A stretch of DNA of 63,901 nt, filler included, from Collodictyon triciliatum (lineage: Eukaryota), in the NCBI GenBank assembly GCA_043381765.1. It is 5 parts of 4 records of this genome, joined end to end, with 100 filler letters (N's around TTAATTAATTAA, not from the genome) between each part and the next. Parts side by side here need not be neighbours in the genome. Positions count along the whole stretch, not along the records: positions 23,123 to 38,935 come from JBHJMP010000360.1; positions 39,036 to 44,231 come from JBHJMP010000361.1; 3 more parts are not named here. One strand, 5' to 3'. Position numbers and translations under genes: made by a program. This document shows, piece by piece, positions 26,811 to 39,408 of this stretch. Every line of letters begins with the position of its first letter. Position 1 is the first letter of the stretch. Under the pieces are notes generated by a model. That model did no database searches and had not been told where the DNA came from. It saw nothing but the letters and a program-made list of their open reading frames with translations.

Positions 26811-29800
26811 NNNNNNNNNNNNNNNNNNNNNNNNNNNNNNNNNNNNNNNNNNNNNNNNNNNNNNNNNNNNNNNNNNNNNNNNNNNNNNNNNNNNNNNNNN
26901 NNNNNNNNNNCATTATTATCATCATTATTATCATCATTATTATCATCATTATTATCATCATTATTATCATCATTATTATCATCATTATTATCATCATTAT
27001 TATCATTATCACTTTCATTATTATGATTATATTTTAAAAAGGGAATTTTTTATTCATAGCCACAAAATGTGCTTATGTTAATGTATACCTAATCTTCAAA
27101 TTCCATTTCTCATCCAGCTAAAGTATGGATTTTATTTAAAAAAAATATGTGAAGGCATATATGAAATACTGAAAGATGACTGAACAGTTTTGCTCTATAG
27201 CATACCAAGTGAGAAAACATTTTTTACCAATAAATTCAAGCTCTTCATGTCACGATGTAAAATTGGTGGGTTTGAAAGGTGAAGATATTGCATTCCTGTT
27301 ATTCAAACGAATTTAAATGGTGGGAGTTTTAAAAACCCCAACCCCATGAGGGACAAAAATGGACGAAAAAAACATGGAACCTTTTGCTGTGTCCATTAAA
27401 AAAGAAGCTCTCATTCGATGGTCAATATCAATAGTTTCATTGTGGAGAACCTAATGTGAACACAAGTAAAAAAAAAAAATCAAAACGCCGTAAAATCAAA
27501 ATATATCTTCAGTGCGCCATGATAAACGAACTTACGTCATAGAGGCTTCCTCGAGACATAAGCTCTGAAACAATACAGAGTGTAGGGCTTTTCACACATG
27601 CGCCCATATACAAGACGATGTTTGGGTGTCTCAGTTCAATCATAATCATGACTTCCTTCATAAACTCGTCCAAGGCATCTCTGGTGATTTTTTCCACCAG
27701 GAGTTTTTTTATAGCAACTTGGGTGCCCTTGAAATATCCCTTGTGGACCTCTCCAAACTGACCCCGCCCGATAACTTTCTCGAAGTTCAGGTCTGAGTAG
27801 CTTATCTAAATTATGAGGAGCATTTTTAGCATAAGGGACAAGAAATATTGAAGAATATAAATTATTAATTATGAAAGCAATCATTTCCATCCCTATCAAA
27901 ATTAATAGAGTATTATGATTGCCCACTTGTCCAGAAACTTTCTGAGATTTGGCTGTTGCCTTGGAATGCAAGACTTTCCTATAATAGAGGAGACCTATGA
28001 TACCAATGATGGAAAAAGAAACACCGCCCGCTATACCACCTATGAATGCTGTATCATCATCTTTTTTCTGTGAGCTTAGATACGCTGAGCATTGAACAGG
28101 GTCCTACAAACCGGTTTTAATTAATACGGACCAATGTAGAAAAGTGGAAAACAAAATAATAGTCAGGCTAAGTTCTGATATAATCAATTAAAGGAAGGGA
28201 TAGCTTCAACACTTTGCTGAAGATGCGCATTGGTGTGCTGGTATAACTACCCAGGAACTGCAAGCAGACACAGAAAATATCTCAATCATTAAAAAAAAAA
28301 AACTCACTGCTCCTGATGTGCATCTCTTACAATCATCTTGATCATTCACATGATAAAATCCGTATGCACATTTACATGAACCAATGGTATCCAGTTTCTC
28401 CCGAGAATAGACAGAGTCTTTTCCGCACTCTAAATACACGCAGGAAAAAAATCATTAAGCTATATATTTGTTATTGTTTTGAAATACTCATAGTTACGAT
28501 TAATTGATGCAATAACTCAATACTTATGAGACAAATTGTGAATCCTTCAGCTCCTGTTGATTTACTGCTCGATTTGAACTCCAAGATAAATCCTTCTCCG
28601 TCACTTTTCAATATAAGGCCTACGGACGATGATGTAATACTTGTCTTCTCACCCAAAGAGTGGCTCACCACAGGATTTGTGCGCTCCACATTGGTATAGA
28701 CTGTAATTTGGTCATCAGGGTACAGACTAACTGTTTTAACTTCAATAAAGTTGAATGTTTCAATGTCCCATTTGCATTTGGTTGATGGCAAGTAATTTAA
28801 TACTCCGCTCCCGTCACTTATTTCTTTGGTGAAGAATCCGTCGTAGCTAATTGATTTTCTATCTTGGCAATATCCTTATGAATATATTAGAGAAAATAAA
28901 AGTAAACAGCTGTTGAATGGTCCTCATAATTCTTTGACATTATGAAAATGCTCAAAAATATTACAAATTATATTCTCACCAAAAGTGTATGACACTATCG
29001 AAGCTCCGTCCTCTGAAGATGGCATCTCACTTATAAATATATGGCCATTCCCATCATTAATCCAAATTCCATTTCCAGGGTTGCCAACAGGAATACTTAA
29101 CATTCGAGCCCATGCTTTTTTATCTAGTTTAAAAATATCACAACACATCATCGAATGTTAATCCTTGTTAAAGAGTAAAAATAATGTATTATGAACGATG
29201 ATATCATTCATTCTCTCCATAGGGATATATATGAGATATGCTAAAAAAAAATAATTATTAAGTTGCAAATTAGTTGAAACCGTAATCGAAAATCCAAGCT
29301 TGATTTTCTCCTGACGTTAAGTCATTTCCAGATACAAACAGCCGCTGATCATCTGTGAATGCAGAAAAGGCGCTGAATGATGGCCCAGTGGTAGTATTAT
29401 GTGATAGTGCATCCCACTTGGAGAATTCTAAATAAAAAAACGCGTCTCAGACAGTCATAAATGCGGTAAAGAATTAAAAAGTGGCTCATAATGTCATGAT
29501 ATAAAGAATGAAATCATACTGATGTCGAAGCACCAAATTTCATTTATTCCACTGAAAACATCATTCTGTCCTCCGAAGAAGCATGGATTGTTACTGAGTT
29601 CGAATCCAAAGGTATTCCATCTGACTTTTGGGGAATCGCCTGTTTGGGCCATAGATGAAAAGGTACTAGACGTAGAGTCAAACTCTACCAGAGCAGAAAA
29701 ATCGACACCTTCTCGACTCGCCTTAGCTAATTTCCCTCCCCAATAGTATACTTTCGTCGATATTGTAACTGAGGACATCAAAGTTCTGTCGTTAGGGTTG

Positions 29801-32800
29801 ATTGCCTTGTTAACAAGTGTGGCTAGGAAGTACGACCATTGGTTGCTGGCTATTTTAAATTAGAAAGGAAAAATATACGTTAACTTGAAAATAATTATGA
29901 CTCTTGAAATTTCGTGCAAAAAAAAAAAAAACATCACGTGTTTAACTAATCAAACGTACTTGTGTTAAAGAACCAAGAATGTCCATTGTTCGAAGACGAG
30001 CCCAAATCTCCTCCGATTAAAAAGAGTAGAGTGTTTTGATAGGACAACGTTGCATCTATTCTTGCTGGTGGCACGGCTTTGCTTGTCGACTCTCGAGACA
30101 GTAGAAACCAACGAGACGAATCTGAATGAGGCATTTGAGTTTTCAAGGGTTAATTCCACATTCTTAGAATGTAAGCAAATGTGACTTTTAAATTGTTTTA
30201 CCGCTCCTATTTACAAATTTTAGTTCATAGGGAAAAAGGAAAGGGATGCCCAGGACGGTAATATTTACTTGTATTCAAAAGCCATAGGTCATTCAAAAGC
30301 AGTATACGAGTCCCTCTGCATGTCATCCCTCCGAAGAGATAAGCTTTGCCCTGAGAATTAGAAGCCAAGGAGCTGTGCGATCGGCCGATAGGATATCGGG
30401 TAATCGAGCTTTCAATATATGACAAAGTGGCTGCCATAAATGATTTTAGAAATAACCTTCATAATATTCTTTTTCTTTTTCTTTTTCCTTTTTTCCTTTT
30501 TTTCCTTTTTTTCCTTTTTTTCCTTTTTTTTCCTTTTTTTCCTTTTTTCCTTTTTTTCCTTTTTTTCCTTTTTTTCCTTTTTTTCCTTTTTTTCCTTTTA
30601 ATTTGCACTTTTAAAACTTGACTTACATATATCAAAGCTCCAAGAATCAGGTAAGTAACATGAATCTAAGCTAGATGCCCCACCTATCATGTACATGACA
30701 GAATTGATGATGGTATAACCAGACCCATATCTAGGCGGAGGAATTGATAGCGGATTTGATATGATATTGGAATCTGTCGGAGCTAAATTCTTCGCATACA
30801 CCACTCGAGTATCTTAATGTCAGAATATGTAAATATATATATTAGCAAGGCTCATAGCACTGTTGATTTCGACGTGGCAGAGAATTATTAGCCTCTATAA
30901 AACTAGAGGTAATGCATGGTTTGAATGAATTCAAAGGAGTTTTTTTTAGATTTCATACAGACGGTCGTACCTAGGTCAACTATGAGGACATCATCTGCCA
31001 CAGAAAGCACTCCGTTATCGGACGATAGTCCACCTATCAAAATTGCCTTTCCATTTGACAGAGTAGTTTGCGATAGGATTCTAGGGATAGTACATTTGTA
31101 GGATTTACAACTGTCTCCCATCCGCAGAGGATCAGTTGACCACATTTTTGTTTCTATCAATCATATAAATAAAAATAATAAAAAAAAAATAAGGTAGATT
31201 TATATTCTTGTATCAAAATCATCATATTATCTAACGTTGATTCTATACCTAGGTCAAAAACATTCATATTTGTGGTTATAGAGTTTCTTGACTGCCCACT
31301 GATAATATAAATCATCTTGTTGGTTAAGAGAGCATTTCCAGAATTCACGGCGAACTGTTGATTTGCCAGAGTATACAAGTCCCTCCATTTTTTTGTATCT
31401 GATCGGTTTTGTTATATTCCTTTGTTAATTTTTCAAAAAAAAATAAAGGATTTATTCTTACTATAATTTAAGTAGTGATAAAATTACCAAAATCAAAAGC
31501 CCAGACGTCACTTAAATCCTTCTTCGAATCTCCTAGACCACCAACGACATACAATGACTTTCCATCAGTAACACACTGCGCTCTCTTTCTTGGGACAGGA
31601 TTTATGGTTGTAGATAAAACATGGCGCTAAAATAAATGTGTAATTAAATTTAATACTCTCTTTTTAAGTAATAATATAACAAATATTCTCTGTTAAGGTG
31701 CTATGGTATTTTATAAACTATTTATGGGGAAAAAGGCAAAAATAAAAACATCACATGTGTCACATTCCATGAAAAATCACTTACCACCCATTTGAATTGA
31801 CGAGTCAACTCGTATAGTTCGCTACTCAAAACTTCGGACGAATCCTGGCTCGTGGACCCGCCAAATACATATATGGAAGATGATGTGGATACCGAACAAA
31901 AATCGATTCTCGGAGAAGGAACTTCTCCGTTCGCCTCCACGAGTGTCCAATTCCATAAATCTTATTATTGGATTTTTAAATTTTGTGGCATATAATTAGG
32001 ATGTACACTTTTTGCAGTAAAAAACCAAATTTTCAATCCTTACCGAGTGGATTAGATACGAATAATTTTGACAATCCCAACAAAGCATTCTTTTGATTGT
32101 CCAATCTACCACCACCGTAAATGATGTTACCGTTGATGTTACCAGCCATCCCACCAAATGTTGCTGGAGGATAAGAAAAGGATGGCGATGCCTGTCCATA
32201 TGGCGCTAGTGTAGGATTAAATCGGTTTGATAATTCTCGTTCGTAAACTTTGAATTGTGAAATGGGATAAATTGAATTTAAAAGCATAATATTGAATACC
32301 ATCATTTATATTTCATATTGTAACATACCCTTTCCAACATTGATATCGTGGCTAGGTTTGCATGAAGTCTGTCGGAGATTTATGTTAATAATAAAAATGG
32401 ATGGCCGGAAGGGTCTAATTGAAGTCCTAAAACTATGAGTGGGCTAACCTGGTCTTGGTTTTTCTGTGATGTTCCCTGAGGGCAAGCTACACATCGTTGG
32501 CTAATTGTTCTGTAGGTATTTATGGGACATACACATTTGGATAATTTGAGATCTACTTCTGCACCTACTGGGCAATCTTTGGTTGTTGAAAAAAAAACTT
32601 GTAAATGTCTTAAAACACAATAAGGTTGCCAATAATAAAATAATCCTATTAACACCTCCAAATGTCTGTTTTTTTTTTTTTTTAGAAAAATGGAGTTGGA
32701 ATTTACTGTAGTAATTTATGGTGAATCCCTTTGAAACATTGTTGTCTCCATCAGCGTTGAACATTAGCTTGAAGCCTCCTCCTTTTTTCCCTATAATTAA

Positions 32801-35800
32801 CACATCATTTTTCGAATTATCATCTAGGTCAGACAGCAGGGTGTGGTCGGTTGGCATCGATCCGTCTATGATGGTCAGGAAATCCCCTTTGCCGAGTTCG
32901 ATTTTCTGGGAATGAAAAGTCGATTGTTTCAAACTATTTCACAGACACTGAGAATCAAAAATTCGAGAACAGAACGATTTTTCAAGTGTAACATATTTAA
33001 AAAAAGTCTGCACAAGGAGAAAAACGAAACTTCTCAACAGAAATGGAGCCTTTTGATACATGATTATTTGTACATTCTATTAAACTTAATCCTTACTTGA
33101 ATATGCAGATGTGAAGCTTCTGGTATTATCCAAGAGCAATTTGTCGCTGGCAAGTAGTTCCCATCTCCACTTCCATCAGTTAACACGAGATACCCATTAA
33201 CGAGTGGCGATGCAAGTATTGTAATAGGGAAACAGAATCCTTTTGATTTTGCAAGCAACAATCAGCTATGCACCAGGTATATAATACTTTCATATTTGAA
33301 GATAAAGTCCTCAGTTACGCATCACAAACTCACCTAAGGAATATGCGACCACTTCATCGATATAACTATGGTCAGAACTTCCACCGTACACCAGGAAATA
33401 ATTATTTATAACAGAACCAATGTGCCCATCCATAATGGGTCTTGGAAAATTTGGCTTCAGAGGTATCCACGCATTTGTTGCTATTGGATGGGAAATGAGT
33501 GTAACTTGGCATTATCTCTCAATAATTTAAATATTTCGAAGAGAAATTGAAAAAAATGTTACAGAATTGAAAAACGTGAAGCTTGGAATTCACTCCTTGT
33601 TTGTCTTTTCCTCCAAAGATGTAAACGAAGTCTCCTTTCGCTCCAAACGAAAAGTCTAATATGCCTGGTGGGACTTCGGGATTCACAGGTGTCATCTCTT
33701 TCCAAGTGTATGTGGCTAAAATAGAGGATATTATGGCAGTATCCTTTAAATATTTTCTTTTCTTGATGATTTGCGTAAGATAAGGGTGGTGTTCTCAAAA
33801 TATACTATATCTCTTAAAATTCTTGGCAGTTGGTACAATTTGGAAATACTATCCTACCCGGGCTAAACTGCCATAGTTTATTGGAGTAATCTGATGAAGG
33901 AGTGAGTCCACCGTACCAGTATGCAAACTCTCCAGAAGCAAGACCTCTTGAATTTCTCACTGGAGACGGCTTCAAGCCGGCTGGAATACTGAAGTTTGCC
34001 TTCAAGTATGTTTGTGACAACACAACATTGAAAACAACATCCATGTTATCTTTGGTACCCTGTTATTTTTGTATTAGACTTTTTTTTTGCAAAATCTATG
34101 GCCTTCTTTGATATACTGTGAGTGCATATGATATGCTTATTTGTACTCGAATTGTAATACCCTAGTAGAGCCTGCATAAAGGTAGGAAATTCCATTAATG
34201 GTTGCCTGAGCCATGTCCATTCGCATGGATATCGGGTACGTGAGCGTGTTCGATGGTACAATATACCATTTCTTTTCAGCTAATCAAGTATGTTCTTTCA
34301 ATTAAGTACATATTGTTTTCAATGGATGTGCACATTTGATAGATTTTGTTTTTATGGACCCTCAAAAGAAGAAAATCTGAATCTTACCGATGTTGAATCT
34401 CCAAAAATTCAAATCTGTTGATACCTGGATGTTTCCAGCAAATATGTAAACGTCACCCTGATAGTAACTTATTGACGTGTCTTCTCTAGGAGATGGAGCA
34501 GACGAAGAGGATGTCTCTCTTATGTAGCATGTCCACTTTGATGTTTCTTGGGAATATCAAAATAAATCAGTAGATTATTGAAATTTTGTATGGTTTGTTC
34601 GTATTTTCAAATTATGTGGGGCACTTACCAATGATAATGTATATTAACTTTTTTTTTTTAATTGGTGATTGTTGTGAAATTGAAGTGCAGGAAACTGTAT
34701 GGGCATACTTATATTGAAATTCCATAGGTCATTCAGCTGGGGTTTCAATGATGATCTTCTTACTTTGCCGGCGAATATGATAAATGACTCGTCATCCATC
34801 ACAGCCATGGCAGAGTTTTTTCGAGGGAGGGGGTACGTGCTTAAAGAATTTGCGATCCATTTTTGGGTATCTGGTGAATATCTTTCAATGTTTACATAAA
34901 TGCGAGATGGCAATATCGAAGTGAGAGATTTAAATGTAAAATATGGCAACAGTAAAAACCTGAATCCCAGACCCAAACATCATCATCAATATTGTCAGAG
35001 GACCTCGAAGCACCACCCGATATAACAAAATGTTTCCCAAAGATAAATCCAAAGCCGGAATGTTTTGGGGGTGGAGATGAAAAAGGTATTTGAGTAGACA
35101 TCGGGAAGCTTCCTTGTGGGAGCGCAGCAAAGTTATTATCTATGTTTCATGAACAGGTTGTTTAAATATTGGCAGATGATAAATAGTTGTGTATTGATAT
35201 TCTTTGGTATGTCTCAAATAAGCTGATGGTAAACCTACTTAAATCAAAGCCAGACATCTGGTAACCAACAATTTTTTTTGCTCCGTCGATTCCACCGTAA
35301 ATCCATAATATGTTTCCAATAACTCCGACAAGGTGACGAGATATCGAGTAGACAGTACTAAGGGAGGCCTGCTTGTTCCACAAGCCGATTTCTTGATCGA
35401 ATTTTTATATAAAAAGGCCTTTGATTACTATCTGTGTAAGTCAGCTTACAAATAAAATCATTACAAAAATGTAGTCAAAGCAGTATTACCCAGATCTAAG
35501 CTGAATATATCAGATGATGCCTGTGAGTTGCTTGTAGCCCCACCCACCAGAAAGAATGTGTTATTGTAAACAAAGGAGCCGGCGTATGCTCTGTTGAACC
35601 CTGTCGTCCCTGTGCTAGCTTGAATCCAGTACGAGTCCACTAAAAAATAAACACAATATATAAATAGAGAATAAAATGGGTCATGATTTTAAAAAAGCAC
35701 GGAGGGAAATCATACATCGTTACTAAATGGAATAGATCTATCAAATATTTTTCTTGTGATGGTTTATCTTACCAAGGTTAAAAATCCATGTGTCGCCAAG

Positions 35801-37043
35801 ATATGTATCTTGGGTGATACCGATGCCTCCTACGATAATAAATACATCATCGACAAATGCACACATGTGCCCTTGTCTAGGATTTGGCTTCAGCTGTCCC
35901 TTGTTTGGAATAATTTCCCAGACAAAAGTATCCAAGTCAAACGAGTAAAGGTTATAGTCGGGTATAGGAATCCAGGTACTGTTTTCCACTGCAAATCCCC
36001 CAAACAAGAAGGCTTTATTTCCGTTCATAGACATGCAGGCTCCTTTACGTGCCGGCGGGTAATAGCCTTTTGGACTCAATCGTGACCATTGAAATGTACC
36101 TTTAAGAAATAAATCAATAATAGGTAAAAAAAAAAATTTAATCTTAATTGTAATTTGATTAAAAAAAGTCATTCAGCTTCTTGTTGATCAATGGGCTCCA
36201 GGACGGTAAATAAAAAAACTGATGTTTTCAAATGGAAGAAAGTTAACTGTAGTCATCAAGTCGGTAAAAATTTTCAAAGCCAGATATATTGAAGGTAGCT
36301 GCGCTTGGACTGATTCCATACTTATTTCCTCCAAAAAGATATCCTTTATCCTGGTTTTGTTTTTTGTTTTTGTTTAAATTATTATTTTTCTTGTGTGAGA
36401 TGGATAAGGAAGAGTTTCATGCGAAATTGAATCTACAGAATCTTTTTTATATAGTCAAAGAAGATAGTTTCAGTGACGTATTTGGACTGAAAATCAGGTA
36501 CATCTATAGATTCCTTTCAGACAAACTTATTTTATCCGCTCTTAAATAGAATAACTTTGAGAATTCGTTTTTATATCTCCTTCAATAAATAAATTAAAAT
36601 AAAATAAAACTGAGATCACATGAGCATGCCCTGTGTATCTTACCTTGTAAACAAGTGCAGAAGCTTCCATAAGTGCCGGAGGTGTCTGCATTAGATTGGT
36701 GAAGCTGTTCACGGGGATTCCTAAGTCATAAGCTGGGGGGTGCATAGTTTATATTATCATATGCCTAAGGATGTGCTAGGACCTTCATTTTCCATATGAA
36801 TCACAAGAGTTTATGTAAACGAGCAGATCATCGGAATCTACAGGATACTTTTGAATTCATTTTCCAGTCTAAAACGGACTGTATACCATCGAGACCTCGA
36901 TTATATATTATATACAAGTGAATAAATAAAATATCCCTTTACTTACTTCCTCTGCTTTGCTTGGCGTTCGAGGCGAGCGATAAGGTGAATAAGTACCACT
37001 GGACACATAACAGGAGGTGCCACTGGTATTTTGCCATGTGCAT
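23123..37043 (-). CDS. Giant single-pass receptor paralogue B: signal peptide-[Kelch x12-CUB-Cys-rich]x2-TM-TKL kinase-class III adenylate cyclase-TKL kinase; 3' end lost in the gap
   Basis: Start MHMAKYQWHLLLCVQWYLFTLSLA (signal-peptide-like, ATG at 37043). Kelch units such as PPARKGACMSMNGNKAFLFGG. CUB domains at ~32710-33240 (TDGSGDGNYLPATNCSW) and ~28530-28875. TM AFIGGIAGGVSFSIIGIIGLLYY (~27985-28050). Kinase 1: GRGQFG, VAIKK, HRDMKSLN, DFG, WMAPE. Cyclase: VFTDVQ|GST, YEVKTEGDAFM, RMDYFGKMVNRAAR. Kinase 2: GAGSYG, VAVKK, HRDLKSPN, DFG, WIAPE. No stops in the exons I traced. Confidence 0.9.
26713..27010. repeat. Intronic (TAT)n and (CATTATTATCAT)n microsatellites around an N gap
   Basis: Directly visible in the intron just before the DFG exon of kinase 1. 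Confidence 0.9.
30468..30600. repeat. Intronic (CCTTTTTTT)n 9-mer pyrimidine repeat
   Basis: Directly visible. Confidence 0.9.
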
Positions 37044-37429
37044 TCACTCTTATAGCTTGTAAATTCGGTTTCTTTGGCCTCTAGACTGGCGTTGCGAGAT
37101 CGTAGAGGGTGACGAACTTCTCCTGGCTCTCTTTTGGTCGAGGTTAATTATCTCCCACAAAGGAAATACAAGATTGACTAACGCAAATAAACATGGTTTT
37201 TTACGTAAGACCCCCCAGGAGACGGAAACTCATTTGGCTCTTGAAAAAAATAATTACCAAGTAACAGGGAAGGAACAGGCGACAGATTTACTGCTTGTCT
37301 GAGAAGTAAAATCAAATAGGAAAAAGGCAGGACAAGGGGTCAAACAGGATGGATGATTGAAAGATTCGGCCAGGCTGCTGTGGAGACTCGAGTGTTGTAG
37401 CTTGAGCGCAGGGTGAATGTTTCTGTTTC

Positions 37430-37633
37430 TTTTTATTTTTTATTTTTTTATTTTTTTATTTTTTTATTTTTTTATTTTTTTATTTTTTTATTTTTTTATT
37501 TTTTTATTTTTTTATTTTTTATTTTTTATTTTTTTATTTTTTTATTTTTTTATTTTTTTATTTTTTATTTTTTATTTTTTATTTTTTTATTTTTTTATTT
37601 TTTTATTTTTTTATTTTTTTATTTTTTTATTTT
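37430..37633. repeat. T-rich (TTTTTTA/TTTTTTTA)n repeat upstream of receptor B
   Basis: Directly visible. Confidence 0.9.
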
Positions 37634-38014
37634 GGTGCTAATGGCGTTGTGATGGCGTTGCGCAAGCGAGACTCAGGCTTTTGAAAAGGGAACGTTCCCA
37701 ACGCTGCTGGCCTGATTCTTCCACAAATGGATAGAACGTTCCCGAGAATGCTCTGTTGGGAATGCTACGAGTTAAGGCAACAGATAAAGTAAAAAAGTGT
37801 GGTGGAGCAGTTGAGTAATGCTTAGAGATCTGGTATGCGTTCTAGTATATTTCGATATGATTTTATACACATCTAGCCGATTCATTGATTCAGCCGGTTA
37901 CATAAAAAAAATATACTTTAAATTCCGAATTAGACATGAACAACCACATGCATTTTTCCTGTCATCCTCGCAGCCGCGCCTCACGACACAGGCTGGGCGA
38001 GGTGAATCGGGAGT

Positions 38015-38699
38015 TTATTTGGGCGGGTGAAGTTGAAGCGATGGCAAGAGAGCCTCAAAGTCTCTAAGCAACCTGGCCACATAGTCCTCCATCGGCAATT
38101 GCTTGGCCTCTGCAAGGCTGTACCATCTTCTCAACCTTTGTGCCTCTTCCTCGAAATGCTCGTCCACAGAATCGACTCGCAGGATGTATGCGTCAACTGG
38201 GGGTTCATTCTCTCTTTGATACACTCCGATTTTATAAATGACCTCCCCTTCTACACCGGCCTCTTCCTTTGTCTCTCTCGTCGCCGCTTTCTAGATGTGA
38301 GTTATGTGCTTGAGCCACCCTCGCAAAGAATTATATTCATCAGCCATGTATTCATGGGATTGGTGGTAGGTAAGCTTGGATGCTGGTTGGGATTTGTTGC
38401 TTCTTTAACCCATGAAGTCCGTCTTATTTCTCTCTTTTTTTTCTCCAACTCTCCAATATCATCTCTTTTCCTATTTTCTATTTTTCTCTGACTCACACTT
38501 TCATTTTGGACTCTCAAAGGCTAAGACTTACCTGGTTTCGCTCCTTGGACTCTATGGAGCCTTTTGGAAACCCCCAACGGATCAGTCCCTTGCGTTGGGC
38601 CTTGCGCGATGTCACGAGCAGCAGCTGAATACTCCCATCCTCCCCAGTTCTGATTGGCAAACAGCCTGCTTGTTCCTTCATTTCCTTTGTAGTGCGCAT
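38015..38699 (-). CDS. Nudix hydrolase of the diphosphoinositol-polyphosphate phosphohydrolase (DIPP/NUDT3-like) type, 2 exons (38699-38532, 38290-38015)
   Basis: AGCLPIR...LLVTSRK...RWGFPKGSIESKERNQ|KAATRETKEEAGVEG gives a complete Nudix box across a GT-AG intron. The later motif RLRRWYSLAEA is typical of the DIPP subfamily. Confidence 0.88.
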
Positions 38700-38824
38700 G
38701 CTTAATCAGTAGGTAATATGTATAATAGATACTTGCCAGGGTGTGGGTGGGAAACGCCAGTCTTGGTTGCATACTATGTAATTTGTCATATGCTCTCATT
38801 TTGTTCCCTTAAAAGTGTTATGCT

Positions 38825-38935
38825 TTTTTTGTTTTTTGTTTTTTGTTTTTTGTTTTTTGTTTTTTGTTTTTTGTTTTTTGTTTTTTGTTTTTTGTTTTTT
38901 GTTTTTTGTTTTTTGTTTTTTGTTTTTTGTTTTTT
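38825..38935. repeat. (TTTTTTG)n heptamer repeat abutting the linker at 38936-39035
   Basis: Directly visible. Confidence 0.9.
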
Positions 38936-39100
38936 NNNNNNNNNNNNNNNNNNNNNNNNNNNNNNNNNNNNNNNNNNNNTTAATTAATTAANNNNNNNNN
39001 NNNNNNNNNNNNNNNNNNNNNNNNNNNNNNNNNNNAGCACGATAAAAAAAAAAAGCCTGAAGAGCGTGCGATGGCTCACTGATTTAGTCGTGTCTCTTTT

Positions 39101-39151
<51 letters not shown>

Positions 39152-39408
39152 CCTTCTTTATTTTCTTTTACTTTCCATAACGCGTTTTTAAGTTTGGCGA
39201 AGGACTATAAATGTTTCCTTTTAATCGGTGGTTTCAAAGCCGAACTGCATTTTCTTTTTTCTTTTCTTTTCTTTTCCTTTCTTTTCTTTTCCTTTACTTT
39301 CCCTCCTGTTGTCAATCATTTTCTTCACCAATCATTTGCAAAGGACACATACTTTCTTTAACTCGCTCTTTTGTTGCCATCAGTAATTGCTTCTGCGGTC
39401 TCTGAAGC

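Noticed and set aside
23123-27800. Endogenous giant-virus insertion, given mimivirus-like kinase-cyclase-kinase domains
   Set aside because: The genes are densely interrupted by host-type spliceosomal introns and no viral hallmark genes are nearby. Older gene exchange is not excluded.
33739-33747. Perfect U12 donor GTATCCTTT
   Set aside because: It lies on the + strand inside an intron of a - strand gene, so it is not at an exon boundary.
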